In this document: in pieces, positions 10,861-21,621 of the stretch | How the letters are laid out: the number at the start of each line of letters is the position of its first letter | Numbering within the stretch: position 1 is the first letter of the stretch | The notes under the pieces: generated by a model | Seen by the model: the letters and a program-made list of their open reading frames with translations, nothing else | Databases searched by the model: none | Told to the model about the DNA's origin: nothing | Position numbers and translations under genes: made by a program | From: an uncultured Gammaproteobacteria bacterium | GTDB lineage: Bacteria; Pseudomonadota; Gammaproteobacteria; CAWCPV01 | NCBI GenBank assembly: GCA_963797555.1 | Contig: CAWCPV010000011.1 | Span: 28,715-92,714 of the forward strand | Reading direction: 5' to 3' | DNA length: 64,000 nt

Positions 10861-10885
10861 CGTTCCAAGGAAACCGAACGGCTGC

Positions 10886-10953
10886 TAGGGTCTCGTCGCT
10901 ACGCTCCGCGCGCCTTGCTCTCGGGCCTCTCGCGACGACTTGTGCGCAAACTC
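10886..10953 (-). repeat. MITE family copy (partial, diverged)
   Basis: Reverse-complement similarity to 22765-22830; TGA directly outside the end. Confidence 0.7.
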
Positions 10954-11038
10954 TGACCTTCTCGAGAGCCCCGGCGCGCTCGCGCAAGCAAGGGTCGAAG
11001 CGCCCCAGGATACAAGCTTTGCCCGCACGGCGATCGCA

Positions 11039-12337
11039 TCACAGGCCTCCACTCCGCTGTTCGCAGTACAGGTGCTGCCGCGTCCATGGTATTCGGTTGT
11101 TCGACTGACGGGTAAAAACAATCTGGAAGAGCTGCAGGTCCCCTACCGTAAAAGCCGTCTGTGAGCCTGCCAGGTAGAGCCGCCATGCCCGTACGAATGG
11201 CTCGCTGAACATCTGCCGTACGGTGTCGATCGCCGACTCATAGCGCCGCAACCAGTGCTCCAGGGTCTGGGCATAGTGGAGGCGCAGGTTCTCCACGTCG
11301 AGAACTGAGAGCCCCTGGGGCTCGAACAGCTTCGACATCTCCGACAGGCTCGGCGGATGTGCGCCGGGAAAGATGCGTTTCTCGATCCAGGCATTCATCT
11401 TGCCTGGGCTGTTGCGACCGATCGTATGGATCAAACCGTAGCCCTCCGCCTTCAGGCTGCGGTCGATCACCTCGCCTAAGCGGCGGTAGTTATCCACACC
11501 AACGTGCTCGAGCATGCCTACCGATGCGAAAGCGTCGAATTCGCCCCGGATCTCGCGGTAGTCACCCTCGATGTATTCTACGCGGTCCTCCAAGCCCTCC
11601 TTGCGCGCCTGCCCGTGGGCGAAGCTTATCTGCTCCGTGGAGATGTTGTACGCTTTGACCGTCACACCATAGTGCTTGACCAAATGTAGGGCGAGCGATC
11701 CCCAACCACAGCCGGCTTCGACCACGCGATCGCCCGGCTTGAGAAGCAGCTTGCGCGCGACGTGGTCCATCTTGGCGATCTGCGCCTGCTCCAACGTCGC
11801 GGACGACGTTGGGAAATAGGCACAGGTATAGAGCATGCGCTCATCGAGCCACAGCCGGTAGAAGTCGTTACCGATGTCGTAATGATGGTGGATATTGTCC
11901 CGCGACCCCAAGAGCGTATTACGCCTACGCCGGTGAGTCGTGGCTTGCAGCTTCCGCTCGAAGCCGTCTCCGGCCGCGGACATCGCCCGCGAGACGGCCT
12001 CGAGAAACCCCACCAGGGGCCCCTCGACCTCGATGCGGCCGGCGCTGTACAGCTCACCGAACTGAAGATCGGGGTGGGCGACCAGCCTCCACAGTGCCCC
12101 GCGATCTCGGATCAGAACGCGGGTCACCGGCGCCTTAGGGTGTTCGGGAACGGCCTGCCCATCCCACAGCATCAGCTGCACGGGTGGGTGCCCCAGGGTG
12201 GCCAACATCCTGCTCAGCAGCCAACGCTCCGCGGGATAGACATGGCCGGTGCTGGGGGAACCGCCCGCCGCCTGGCCCGGACTCCCATCCCTCTCCGACG
12301 CGGAGACGCTCCAGACTTCGGTCTCGTTCCCGCTCAT
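11039..12337 (-). CDS. cfa: Cyclopropane-fatty-acyl-phospholipid synthase
   Basis: NIHHHYDIGNDFY, YTCAYF, EAGCGWG, SVGMLEHVG, LHYAQTL, AWRLYL. Confidence 0.92.
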   Translation of the reverse strand: MSGNETEVWSVSASERDGSPGQAAGGSPSTGHVYPAERWLLSRMLATLGHPPVQLMLWDGQAVPEHPKAPVTRVLIRDRGALWRLVAHPDLQFGELYSAGRIEVEGPLVGFLEAVSRAMSAAGDGFERKLQATTHRRRRNTLLGSRDNIHHHYDIGNDFYRLWLDERMLYTCAYFPTSSATLEQAQIAKMDHVARKLLLKPGDRVVEAGCGWGSLALHLVKHYGVTVKAYNISTEQISFAHGQARKEGLEDRVEYIEGDYREIRGEFDAFASVGMLEHVGVDNYRRLGEVIDRSLKAEGYGLIHTIGRNSPGKMNAWIEKRIFPGAHPPSLSEMSKLFEPQGLSVLDVENLRLHYAQTLEHWLRRYESAIDTVRQMFSEPFVRAWRLYLAGSQTAFTVGDLQLFQIVFTRQSNNRIPWTRQHLYCEQRSGGL

Positions 12338-12518
12338 GACTTCACCCAATACACTTGTAAAGAATTTCGGGAGTTAGCTGACCGGACGATGGTGGCCGGT
12401 CAAGCAGTCCCCCCCCGGCACACACACCGTTGGCGTCGCAAACGACTCCGCTACCCTCGGCGCCAAGTCGCACGACAAATTGGAATTTATATACCCTTTG
12501 TACTGATCCGGCGCCTGC

Positions 12519-12535
12519 GTGCACAATAAGTGCAC
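12519..12535. promoter_or_regulatory. Palindromic site GTGCAC-AATAA-GTGCAC upstream of cfa
   Basis: Perfect 6-bp dyad beside an AT-rich promoter-like patch (12475-12503). Confidence 0.35.
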
Positions 12536-13212
12536 AGCGCGTCCGACCGCCGCCTCGACACGGCGACCTTATTCTGCCACAGCCCCCTGCGACCGTCGAT
12601 ACTGCACCGCTGAGCTAGACTTGCTTGTTCTCCCGCCATAGGCATGGTCCTTCTCACGCGAGCCGCTTCGTCCGCCAGCTTCGAGTTCATCGGCTCGACC
12701 GCCAACGGTTTTCCGCAGAGAGGTTCGCCTGTGGTCTCGGTGGATACAAGAAAGAAGCGCGAGGTGGAGCGCTTAATGCCCAATCCTTCTTCATCTTCCT
12801 CAAGCAGCTCGAGCGCCTCAGCACAGGAACCGGCCCGCGCCTGGCGGTCATAGCAACACTCGGACAGTCCAAGAGCTTGCCTTTCGTTCGGAGATCGATG
12901 CGGGTATTGATGAGACAGGGGGGGAAGTCGCGGACGCAGGTACGAAAACCTTGGCCGTTACGCGGTGTGACTTTCACGGCGAGTGGAACTACAGCCTGTC
13001 TTCCCATCCCGCATCTCGCCACTTGAGATGTGCATGGGGTGCTGCATAGGGTCCTTAGAGGCGTCAAGGGCGTGACAAGGCTCGTATGGAAGTTTATTGT
13101 GTCGTGCAGCGATGTTTTCGTCCACGCAGCGGTCGGCCGGTATTGTGATCCCGCGTGAACGTTGTGCCAAGCGAACGACTGTGCCGGCAGGCGAACCGGG
13201 GAGCCCCGCCGC

Positions 13213-13662
13213 CTAGGGCTGAGGCCACTCTGGGACACCGCACTCGGGACACTGCAGCTGAAGTATCCAGATCCACTGTAGCATTCTGCGGTGGTCCGGC
13301 CCGTTTGGCCAGGGCCCTTCCAATCGGGGCTGGAGCGCGTTGTAGCTGTCCAGAAGGAGTATCGCCGGCGTGTTCTGGGTCAGGCGCCTCAGGACCGCTC
13401 GGTTCTGGTCGATGAGCAACGGGAACGGCGGCGCCTTCCCCTTCGGCGGAGTGGGACTGACGGCCAGAACCGCGACGCCAGCGTCAACGTACTCCTCCCA
13501 GTGCCGGGCGACATCCAGCAGGGCGGCGTCATCGCCTCCTTCACAGCAGATTAGCAGAACGGGCTGGCGATGCTTATAGTCCCAGAGCGAGACCCTCCGG
13601 CCTTGTAGATCTGCTAGGGTGAAGCTCGGAACGACTGAGCATGGTGCGGGTAGGTGTATCAT
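13213..13662 (-). CDS. AhpC/TSA-like redoxin-domain protein
   Basis: PSFTLADLQGRRVSLWDY, VLAVS, PFPLLID, C-terminal QCPECG. Confidence 0.7.
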   Translation of the reverse strand: MIHLPAPCSVVPSFTLADLQGRRVSLWDYKHRQPVLLICCEGGDDAALLDVARHWEEYVDAGVAVLAVSPTPPKGKAPPFPLLIDQNRAVLRRLTQNTPAILLLDSYNALQPRLEGPWPNGPDHRRMLQWIWILQLQCPECGVPEWPQP

Positions 13663-13845
13663 ACGGCCCATTTTAGGCAACCTGCCGGTTGCGGCTCGAA
13701 GGTTCCAACAGGGGGTGTTGGGCCAGAATCCACGGCGTGCCGACGAGGTCCGGGGGGTCCGCCACCAGTCTCCATGAACGAAGCGAGGCTCCCTCTCAGC
13801 CTGCAGTATGGGCGCTGTGGCGAGCCTTTACGCAGGAGCGACAGC

Positions 13846-14787
13846 ATGCGTTTGGCCTCGTCGATAGTCGTGTTAGCGCTGGTGCTGATCTGCGCGCCGT
13901 GCGGTGGTGCGGATGAACGCTCCCGTGATGATGGCCGCTCCGGGGCGTTGACTTCCTCCGTTGCCGGCCCTGTTGAGACCCCGGCGGTTGCCGAGCTGGC
14001 GGCGCCACTGAATCCCCAGCATCTCCACCTGATCTCGGAGGTGGCACTGGTCGCCGACCAGCACACGGGAAGGGTTCTCTACGCCAAGAATGCCGATGTC
14101 CAGACGCCCATCGCCTCCATCACCAAGCTCATGACAGCCATGGTGATTCTGGATGCGGGCCTTCCCATGGAGCGCCGCATCCAGGTCAGCGCCGATGACG
14201 TGGACCACCTCCGTAACAGCGGCTCCCGACTGCGGGTGGGCTCCGTACTCAGTCGACGAGAGCTTCTCCAGTTGGCGTTGATGTCCTCCGAGAACCGAGC
14301 GGCGGCTGCGCTGGCTCGGACCTATCCCGGAGGGACGGCCGCCTTCGTCCCCGCCATGAACCGCAAGGCCAAGGATCTGGGGATGCGCAACACCGTCTTC
14401 GTGGATCCCACCGGGCTCTACAGCGGGAACATGTCCGTTGCGGAGGACCTTGTCAAGATGGTGAAGGCGGCTTTCCGTTATCCCCCCATCCAGCGGATAA
14501 CCACCACGCCCCGTTACCTGCTCATGCTCCCCAGGTTTCGCCGCCCGCTGGAATACCGGAACACCAACGCCCTGGTCCGCGATGGGACTTGGGACATCGG
14601 TCTCAGCAAGACCGGCTACATCAGTGAGTCAGGGCATTGCTTGGTGATGCAGGCGACCGTCGCCGGGCGGGAGGTGGTGATCGTGCTGCTCAACGCCCAA
14701 GGCAGACTGTCGCGCTTTGGCGACGCCAACCGCATCCGCCGCTGGATCGAGGCCGGCGCGACCGGGCGGCATTCGGCACGCGGGTGA
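13846..14787 (+). CDS. pbpG: D-alanyl-D-alanine endopeptidase (PBP7)
   Basis: SITK (SxxK), SEN (SxN), KTG motifs; signal peptide; AGGAG RBS. Confidence 0.88.
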   Translation: MRLASSIVVLALVLICAPCGGADERSRDDGRSGALTSSVAGPVETPAVAELAAPLNPQHLHLISEVALVADQHTGRVLYAKNADVQTPIASITKLMTAMVILDAGLPMERRIQVSADDVDHLRNSGSRLRVGSVLSRRELLQLALMSSENRAAAALARTYPGGTAAFVPAMNRKAKDLGMRNTVFVDPTGLYSGNMSVAEDLVKMVKAAFRYPPIQRITTTPRYLLMLPRFRRPLEYRNTNALVRDGTWDIGLSKTGYISESGHCLVMQATVAGREVVIVLLNAQGRLSRFGDANRIRRWIEAGATGRHSARG

Positions 14788-14835
14788 GGCATGGTCGCGC
14801 CTGAAACCTTCCCCGCGGCGGACAGACGCCAAGGA

Positions 14836-15105
14836 CTAGGATGCCCCCGGGGCGTGTGGGCCGCGCTTCGGTTCGCACGGCTTCTGTAAGTAACAGGTGA
14901 GCAGCGAAGAGGAGGCCGTCAGCGCCCAGAACAAGAAGAAACCCAGGGAATAGGCTTCGAGGCGCGTCACCTGGGGAGAGAGCCCGTCCCCCAGGATCTC
15001 CGCCGGGTCGAATGCGGTGAAGAAGAGGATAGTGGCGATGCCGGCGGTGATGAAGGACGGCCAGAGCACGGCGATGACCTGCTGCACTTTGGGGATAGAT
15101 GACAT
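14836..15105 (-). CDS. Small cco-associated membrane protein
   Basis: VLWPSF..A..A...FF..FDP, YSLGFFLFW; lies downstream of ccoG. Confidence 0.7.
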   Translation of the reverse strand: MSSIPKVQQVIAVLWPSFITAGIATILFFTAFDPAEILGDGLSPQVTRLEAYSLGFFLFWALTASSSLLTCYLQKPCEPKRGPHAPGAS

Positions 15106-15199
15106 GTGGGTTAAATTCTCCCGGGTTGAGTTGCGTCTTTCGGCGTGGCTGCCCCCGCCCGCAGCGCTATTCGGGTCCATGCGCAGCCCGGTCGCCTGA

Positions 15200-15225
15200 G
15201 AGCTTGTGAATAAATCGGCTGCGGG
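15200..15225 (-). repeat. MITE terminal stub at the ccoG truncation point
   Basis: GAGCTTGTGAATAAAT identical to the reverse complement of the end at 22965-22980; TGA outside. Confidence 0.75.
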
Positions 15226-16408
15226 CTCTTTCATCCATATTCAGGATCTTCACTGTGTACACGTTCTCTATCAGACCTTGATCCGTTTCGCGATACAGAG
15301 CATTCCGATCTCGGAGCACGTCGACGGCTAGCGGAACCCTCTTGTCCAGGGCGTAGCCGAAGGCACCTGTCACGGAGACGAGGATGAGGCCGTAGATCAA
15401 CACGCGCGGTCGCGTGGACTTACCCTGCACGGCATTCTCGGTCGTGTAGCGGATCAGCCCCTTGGGATAGCCCATCTTCTCCATGACATCGTTGCAGGCG
15501 TCGATGCACGCGGCGCAGGCGATGCACTGATACTGCAGCCCGTTGCGGATAACTATGCCGGTGGGGCAAACCTGCACGCACATCGTGCAGTCGATGCAGT
15601 CGCCCAGGCCCAAGATGCGGTGATCGGCGCCGCGCCGGCGCGACCCGCGCGGCTCGCCCCGGCCCTCATCGTAGGACACGATGAGTGTGTCCTTGTCGAA
15701 CATCGCGCTCTGAAAGCGCGCATATGGGCACATGTAGACGCACACCTGTTCCCGCATCCAGCCGGCGTTGAGGTAGGTGGCGAAGCCGTAGAACAGCACC
15801 CAGAAGGTCTCCCAATGTCCGGTGCTGGAGGTGAGGATCTCGTGAGCCAGATCCTGGATGGGGGTGAAGCACCCCACGAAAGTGAACCCCGTGAACAGCG
15901 AAAACAGCAGCCACACCGCGTGCTTGGTCCCCCGGACTAGCGCCTTGTGCGGGCCCCACGGGAGCCCGTCGAGCTTCATCTGCTTGGCGCGATCGCCCTC
16001 TATCTTGCGCTCCAGCCACATGAAGACCTCGGTCCACACGGTTTGCGGACAGGCGTACCCGCACCAGACGCGCCCTGCCAGCGCCGTAAAGAAAAACAGG
16101 GACAGGGCCGCGATGATCAGGAGCAGCGTGAGAAAGAAGAAATCCTGCGGCTAGAATACCCAGTCGAAGACATAGAACTTGCGGTTCGGGAGGTCGAACA
16201 GCACCGCCTGCCGCCCTCGCCACGTCACCCAGGCCAGACCGTAATAGGTTCCGAGAAGGAGCACGACAGCCATGACCCGCAGCAGCGCGAAGATGCCGTG
16301 GACCTCGCGCGGGTAAATTTTCTGACGCTTGGCGTAAAGCTCCTGCTCGAGCTGAACGTCAGGCGGCTCTTGCGCCCTTGTCGCGACCTTTGGCAGTGGC
16401 GTGTTCAT
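15226..16408 (-). pseudogene. ccoG: Cytochrome c oxidase accessory ferredoxin CcoG, nonsense codon and 3' truncation
   Basis: KIYPR, F*PQD (TAG at 16151 replaces conserved Trp), MREQVCVYMCPYARFQ, CIDCTMCVQVCP; sequence stops after KILNMDE. Confidence 0.9.
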
Positions 16409-16634
16409 GGCGGTGGTGGAGGCTGCGGGAGACCACTGTCCCGTCGGGTGCGTCAGGGGCTGGCTCGGGCTGCTCCGCGTGGACGGGAGTGCCGACTACC
16501 ATCAGCCGAAGCGGGAGCCGAATGCGCGCAGCGTACGGGGAGCGGACGCGACATCAGGCGTTGGGTTGCATTACAGCAGTACGTCACCGGGTGCTTTCCG
16601 GGTAGGGACGGAGGCGCGGGCTCCATTCTGCTTA

Positions 16635-17538
16635 TCAAGGTTTGTGCGACAGGCTGTAGACGTATGCCGCCAGAAGATGCACTCTGGGCTCGCCCAGGAA
16701 CTGCCGAAAGGCCGGCATTTGACCCTTGCGACCGTGCAGGATGGTCTCCCTGATGACCTGGGGTGAGCCGCCGTACAACCAGATGGTGTCGGTCAGGTTC
16801 GGGGCACCGATGGCCTGGTTGCCTTTTCCGTCCAGGCCGTGGAGCCGGCGCAGAAGACGAATTTCTGCTTCCCGGCAGCGACCTTCTGCCGATCGCCCGG
16901 CCGGCCCGACAAGCTCATCACATAGGCCACCAGATTGTCGAGATCGGTGTCGGTGAGGCCCAGGTCTTTGGCAGCGGGCATGCCGCCTCCGGCGCCAGCC
17001 ACGCGCCCGTCCAGGATGGTCGTCTGGATGTCCTCCGGGGAGCCCCCCACAGCCAGTCGTGGTCGCGCAGATTGGGAAATCCCTTGGCCCCGCCGGCGTC
17101 CGACCCGTGGTAACTAGCGCAGTAAGTGACGAACAGGTGCTGCCCGATGTGTAGGGCTTGCGGGTCCCTGATAAGAGCCGGGAGTGCCTGTTTGGCGTAT
17201 TCCTCGAACAGCGGCTCGTACTGCACTTTCGCCGCCTGCAACTCTTGTGCATATTGCTTGTCTTGACCCCATCCCAGGACACCGCCGAAGCGTCCCACAC
17301 CCGGATACAGGAAGAGATAGAGCAGCCCGAAGACGATGGTGAGGTAGAACAAATACAGCCACCAGCGGGGAAGCGGGTTGTTGTACTCCTTCAGATCTTC
17401 GTCCCATATATGCCCCGTGACCTCTCCTTTGGCGGATTCTCCCGCGCGCGGCCTCATGGTCCACGAGATCAGCCACAGGCAGGCCAGGATGTTGGCGAGG
17501 GTGACAACGGTGATGTACCAGCCGAGCGTGCCGCTCAT
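16635..17538 (-). pseudogene. ccoP: cbb3 oxidase subunit III CcoP, frameshifted, both haem motifs damaged
   Basis: GHIWDEDLKEYNNPLPRWW; CASYH in place of CxxCH; second motif broken by a deletion; GAPNLTD..WLYGG. Confidence 0.9.
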
Positions 17539-17735
17539 TCCGAGTCTCCTTCATGATTTCGGAGGGTTTTTTCGTGGCGAACGCGATCAGCGTCCGCTAA
17601 CGGCAGGTGGGCCGCCTCGTCGAAGGCCTTTCTGCGCCTCTTACTGTAGGCCCAGATCACGACCCCGATGAACACGACGGGGGTGAGAACGGCGAACAGC
17701 GTGCGCAGGGCCATGACCAGATCCATGTCGCTCAC
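17535..17735 (-). CDS. ccoQ: cbb3 oxidase subunit CcoQ
   Basis: [24 protein letters not shown] between ccoO and ccoP. Confidence 0.85.
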   Translation of the reverse strand: MSDMDLVMALRTLFAVLTPVVFIGVVIWAYSKRRRKAFDEAAHLPLADADRVRHEKTLRNHEGDSE

Positions 17736-18336
17736 TGCCGGTGGCGGTATACGCGCAGCCCCTGCAAATAGGCGACGAGGGCGTCCATCTCGGAATGACC
17801 CTTGACCGCCGCTTGCGCCCCGGCGATGTCCTCATCGGTATAGGGGACCCCGAGAATCCGCGGACTTTCATCTTGTGGGCTGTCTGACTGCCGTCCAGCA
17901 GGTTCTGCGCGAGCCAAGGGAATCCCGGCATGTTGGATTCGGGAACCACGTCTCGCGGGTTCATCAGGTGTACGCGGTGCCAGTCGTCGCTGTACCGCCC
18001 GCCGACTCGCGCCAAGTCCGGCCCGGTGCGCTTGGAGCCCCAGAGAAACGGATGGTCATAGACGAACTCGCCTGCCACCGAGTATGGCCCGTAGCGTTCA
18101 GTCTCGGCCCGGAAGGGACGGATCATCTGCGAATGACAGACATTGCATCCCTCGTGGATGTACACGTCACGGCCTTCCAACTCCAGCGCCGGGTACGGCT
18201 TGAGCCCCTCGATAGGCTGCGTGGTCTCCTTGAGGAAAAACAGCGGGAGGATCTCGACGAGCCCGCCCACGCTCACCAGCGCGAGGATGAGCAGCGCCAT
18301 AAGGCCGACGTTCTTCTCGACTACCTCGTGACTCAC
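17732..18336 (-). pseudogene. ccoO: cbb3 oxidase subunit II CcoO, frameshift near 17860
   Basis: [27 protein letters not shown]-terminus [12 protein letters not shown] in another frame. Confidence 0.88.
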
Positions 18337-18350
18337 GGCATTCCCCTCCT

Positions 18351-18535
18351 TCAGGCGGGCTGCGGCACGGCTACCGCTGCGGGCTTGGCTCCGGCGACCG
18401 TCTTCCAGACGTTGTACGCCATCAGCAGCATCCCGCTCAGGAACACCACGCCGCCCAAAAAGCGCACATAGTAGAAGGGGTACACCCGCGCGAGCGACTC
18501 CACGAAGCTGTAAGTGAGGGTGCCGTCGTCGTTGG
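18351..18535 (-). pseudogene. ccoN: cbb3 oxidase subunit I CcoN, last ~60 codons only
   Basis: [36 protein letters not shown] directly upstream of ccoO. Confidence 0.88.
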
Positions 18536-18569
18536 GCGGCGTACGGCGCCAGTGTGTGGGCGACCGTGA

Positions 18570-20050
18570 GTGGCCGGGGGCGGTCTATTTCGATGCGGTG
18601 ACTATGTTCACGTTCTTTCTCTTGACCGCCCGCCATCTGGAGATGGCTGCCCGGCACCGCGCGCTGCGCACCACCGAGGCCTTGGCCCGGTTGGTGCCCC
18701 TCATGGCGCGTCGCATCGAAGGCGGGAACGACGAGTTGGTCCCGGCGGCTGAGCTCATGACGGGTGACAGGGTGCTGATCCGGCCCGGAGAAAGCATCCC
18801 CGCCGACGGCACTGTCCTGGAGGGCAGCAGCACCGTGGACGAGGGCCTGATCACCGGTGAGAGCCTGCCTCGCCCAAGGCGCGATGGAGACAGCTTGGTG
18901 GCGGGCTCGGTCAACCGCGAAGGTCCCCTCGTCATGCGGGTCGTCAAGGCGGGATCGGAGACCCTGCTGTCATCGATTATCCGTCTGCTCGATCGGGCAC
19001 AGGCCGAGAAGCCCGCCGTTGCGCGGCTCGCGGACCGCGTGGCCGGGTGGTTTGTGCACGCCATCGAGGCCCTGGCGCGCGCAACCCACGTGGTCTTCGA
19101 CAAGACCGGGACGCTCACCGAGGGCGCATTCAAGCTGGAGGAGGTGGTGCCGCTACGCGATCTCCCGGTCCGAGAGGCATTGGAGATCGCTGCCGCTCTC
19201 GATCACCGTTCCGAACATCCGATCGCGAAGGCGTTGCTGTGTGCGAGCCATGGATCTCTGGAAGCACTGGGGGTCCACGTGACGCCCGGGGAGGGTGTCA
19301 CGGGGGTAGGTCTGCGGGCGCCGGTTCCGGTTGGGGACGGCCGCGTTCGCAAATGTGGCGGCCGACGCCGGGAGGGCGCCGCCGGCTCCAGGCGCGGGCG
19401 ACGAAGCCACCTGGGTGGCTTTGGGGGACGACCGTGGACTGTTGGCTTGGTTCGGCTTCAGTGATCCGCTGCGCCCCGATGCTGTGGATGCCGTTCGGTC
19501 CCTGAAGCGGGAGGGTGTCAACGTCGCGTTGCTCAGCGGCGACGGAGAAGGAGTCGTGGCACGGGTGGCGCTCTCCGTCGGCATCGCTGGGGCGTGGGCT
19601 CGGCTGACCCCGGAAGCCAAGCTCGGGCGGCTCCGCGAGCTGCAGCGACAAGGGGCCTGCGTCGTCATCCATCGTGGGGGACGGCGTCAACGACGCCCCG
19701 GCAATAGCCGGTGCCCATGCCTCTCAGTCGCGATGGGCAGCGGTGCGGAGTTAGCGCAGGCCAGTGCCGACATGGTCTTGCCGGGCAGGCTCACCGACAT
19801 CTCGGCTGCCATTCGGACGGCGCGCCGGACGCTCCGGGTAATCCGCCAGAACCTGGCCTGGGCTGTCGGATACAATCTGCTGGCGCTGCCCCTGGCCTGC
19901 GCGGGCTACGTCGCGCCATGGATGACCGCGCTCGGTATGTCCGCCGGCTCTCTGGCAGTGGTTCTGAACGCCCTGCGCTTAGTACGGGACAACGGCCCGA
20001 AGGCTGACACCGGTCCCCGCGCCGGTCTGCCCGCGCCCGCTCCCAGCTAG
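18570..20050 (+). pseudogene. ccoI: CcoI/FixI P1B-ATPase remnant (no N-terminus, CPC segment deleted, frameshifts)
   Basis: [18 protein letters not shown], jump from ADRVAGWFV to HAIEALA..DKTGTLT, SEHP, frameshifted GDGVNDAP. Confidence 0.88.
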
Positions 20051-20062
20051 CCCGCGGATCCC

Positions 20063-20230
20063 ATGGAGATTCTCTACCTGCTGATCCCATTGGCCGCCGC
20101 GGCGCTGCTGTGGGCGATCCGCAGCGGCCAGTACGACGACTTGGAGGGTCCAGCTTACCGCATTCTGCTGGACGAGGACGAAGACGCCGATCACCAGAGC
20201 CGTCCGCCGGAAGACGGGCGAGCATCCTAA
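20063..20230 (+). CDS. ccoS: cbb3 assembly protein CcoS (TM segment looks shortened)
   Basis: MEILYLLIPL...WAIRSGQYDDLEGPAYRILLDED. Confidence 0.88.
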   Translation: MEILYLLIPLAAAALLWAIRSGQYDDLEGPAYRILLDEDEDADHQSRPPEDGRAS

Positions 20231-20376
20231 CCGCTCACCGGGAGATTCGCCGCCCCAAAATACAAGAACACTGGAGGCGCCACGCCCGCGCCGCTCCCTT
20301 CACTCCGCCGGCAGGCGGCCGCGGGAGACAAAGAGCGCCTGCGGCGTATTTTCTTCAGGCTATTATGGCGCTGGCT

Positions 20377-21258
<882 letters not shown>

Positions 21259-21305
21259 AGGCAACTTCGACCTCCTCATGTGGCTCGCCGCGCCCGGTGC
21301 CAATC

Positions 21306-21332
21306 TTAGCACTCTATTCCAGTGAGTGCTAA
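21306..21332. promoter_or_regulatory. CIRCE element (HrcA operator)
   Basis: Exact TTAGCACTC-N9-GAGTGCTAA ~50 bp upstream of rpoH. Confidence 0.93.
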
Positions 21333-21347
21333 ACTGCTGAAAAGTTC
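21321..21347 (-). promoter_or_regulatory. Putative sigmaE promoter of rpoH
   Basis: Minus strand GAACTT-N16-TCACT; the -10 lies inside CIRCE. Confidence 0.55.
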
Positions 21348-21394
21348 AACCCGACCGCAGGGCATGCCGCTCTCGACGGGGCGCCAATGGCCAT

Positions 21395-21621
21395 TATCCC
21401 GTCCATTTGCTGGAGCCATTGCCGCGCTGCCAGAAGCCGTGATGCCAGGTCGGCGCGAACGCTCCGGCCCTGGGTCGGCTGCTGGATGAGGAGCTTGAGC
21501 CGGGGGTTCTGGGCGGTACCCGGATGGCCGGGGAGAAGGACGGCTCACCGGCTCCGAAGTCGAAGTTGACGGGGGCTCAAGGCGCGGGGGAGCCCCTGCC
21601 GACGTTGATGAACCGTATCAC
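21395..21621 (-). pseudogene. ftsE: Highly decayed ftsE 5' remnant; rest of ftsE and ftsX absent
   Basis: GTG overlaps ftsY TGA; VIRFINVG..VNFDFGAGEPSF(L)PGHPGTAQNPRLKLL.IQQPTQG aligns with FtsE MIRF..GEMAFLTGHSGAGKSTLLKLI..ERPT.G. Confidence 0.72.

Noticed and set aside
13155-13172. TTGGCAC sigma54-like -24 box on the minus strand
   Set aside because: No GC at the -12 position
16151-16153. In-frame TAG in ccoG as possible recoding
   Set aside because: Single TGG>TAG change in a locus full of other lesions; a nonsense mutation is simpler
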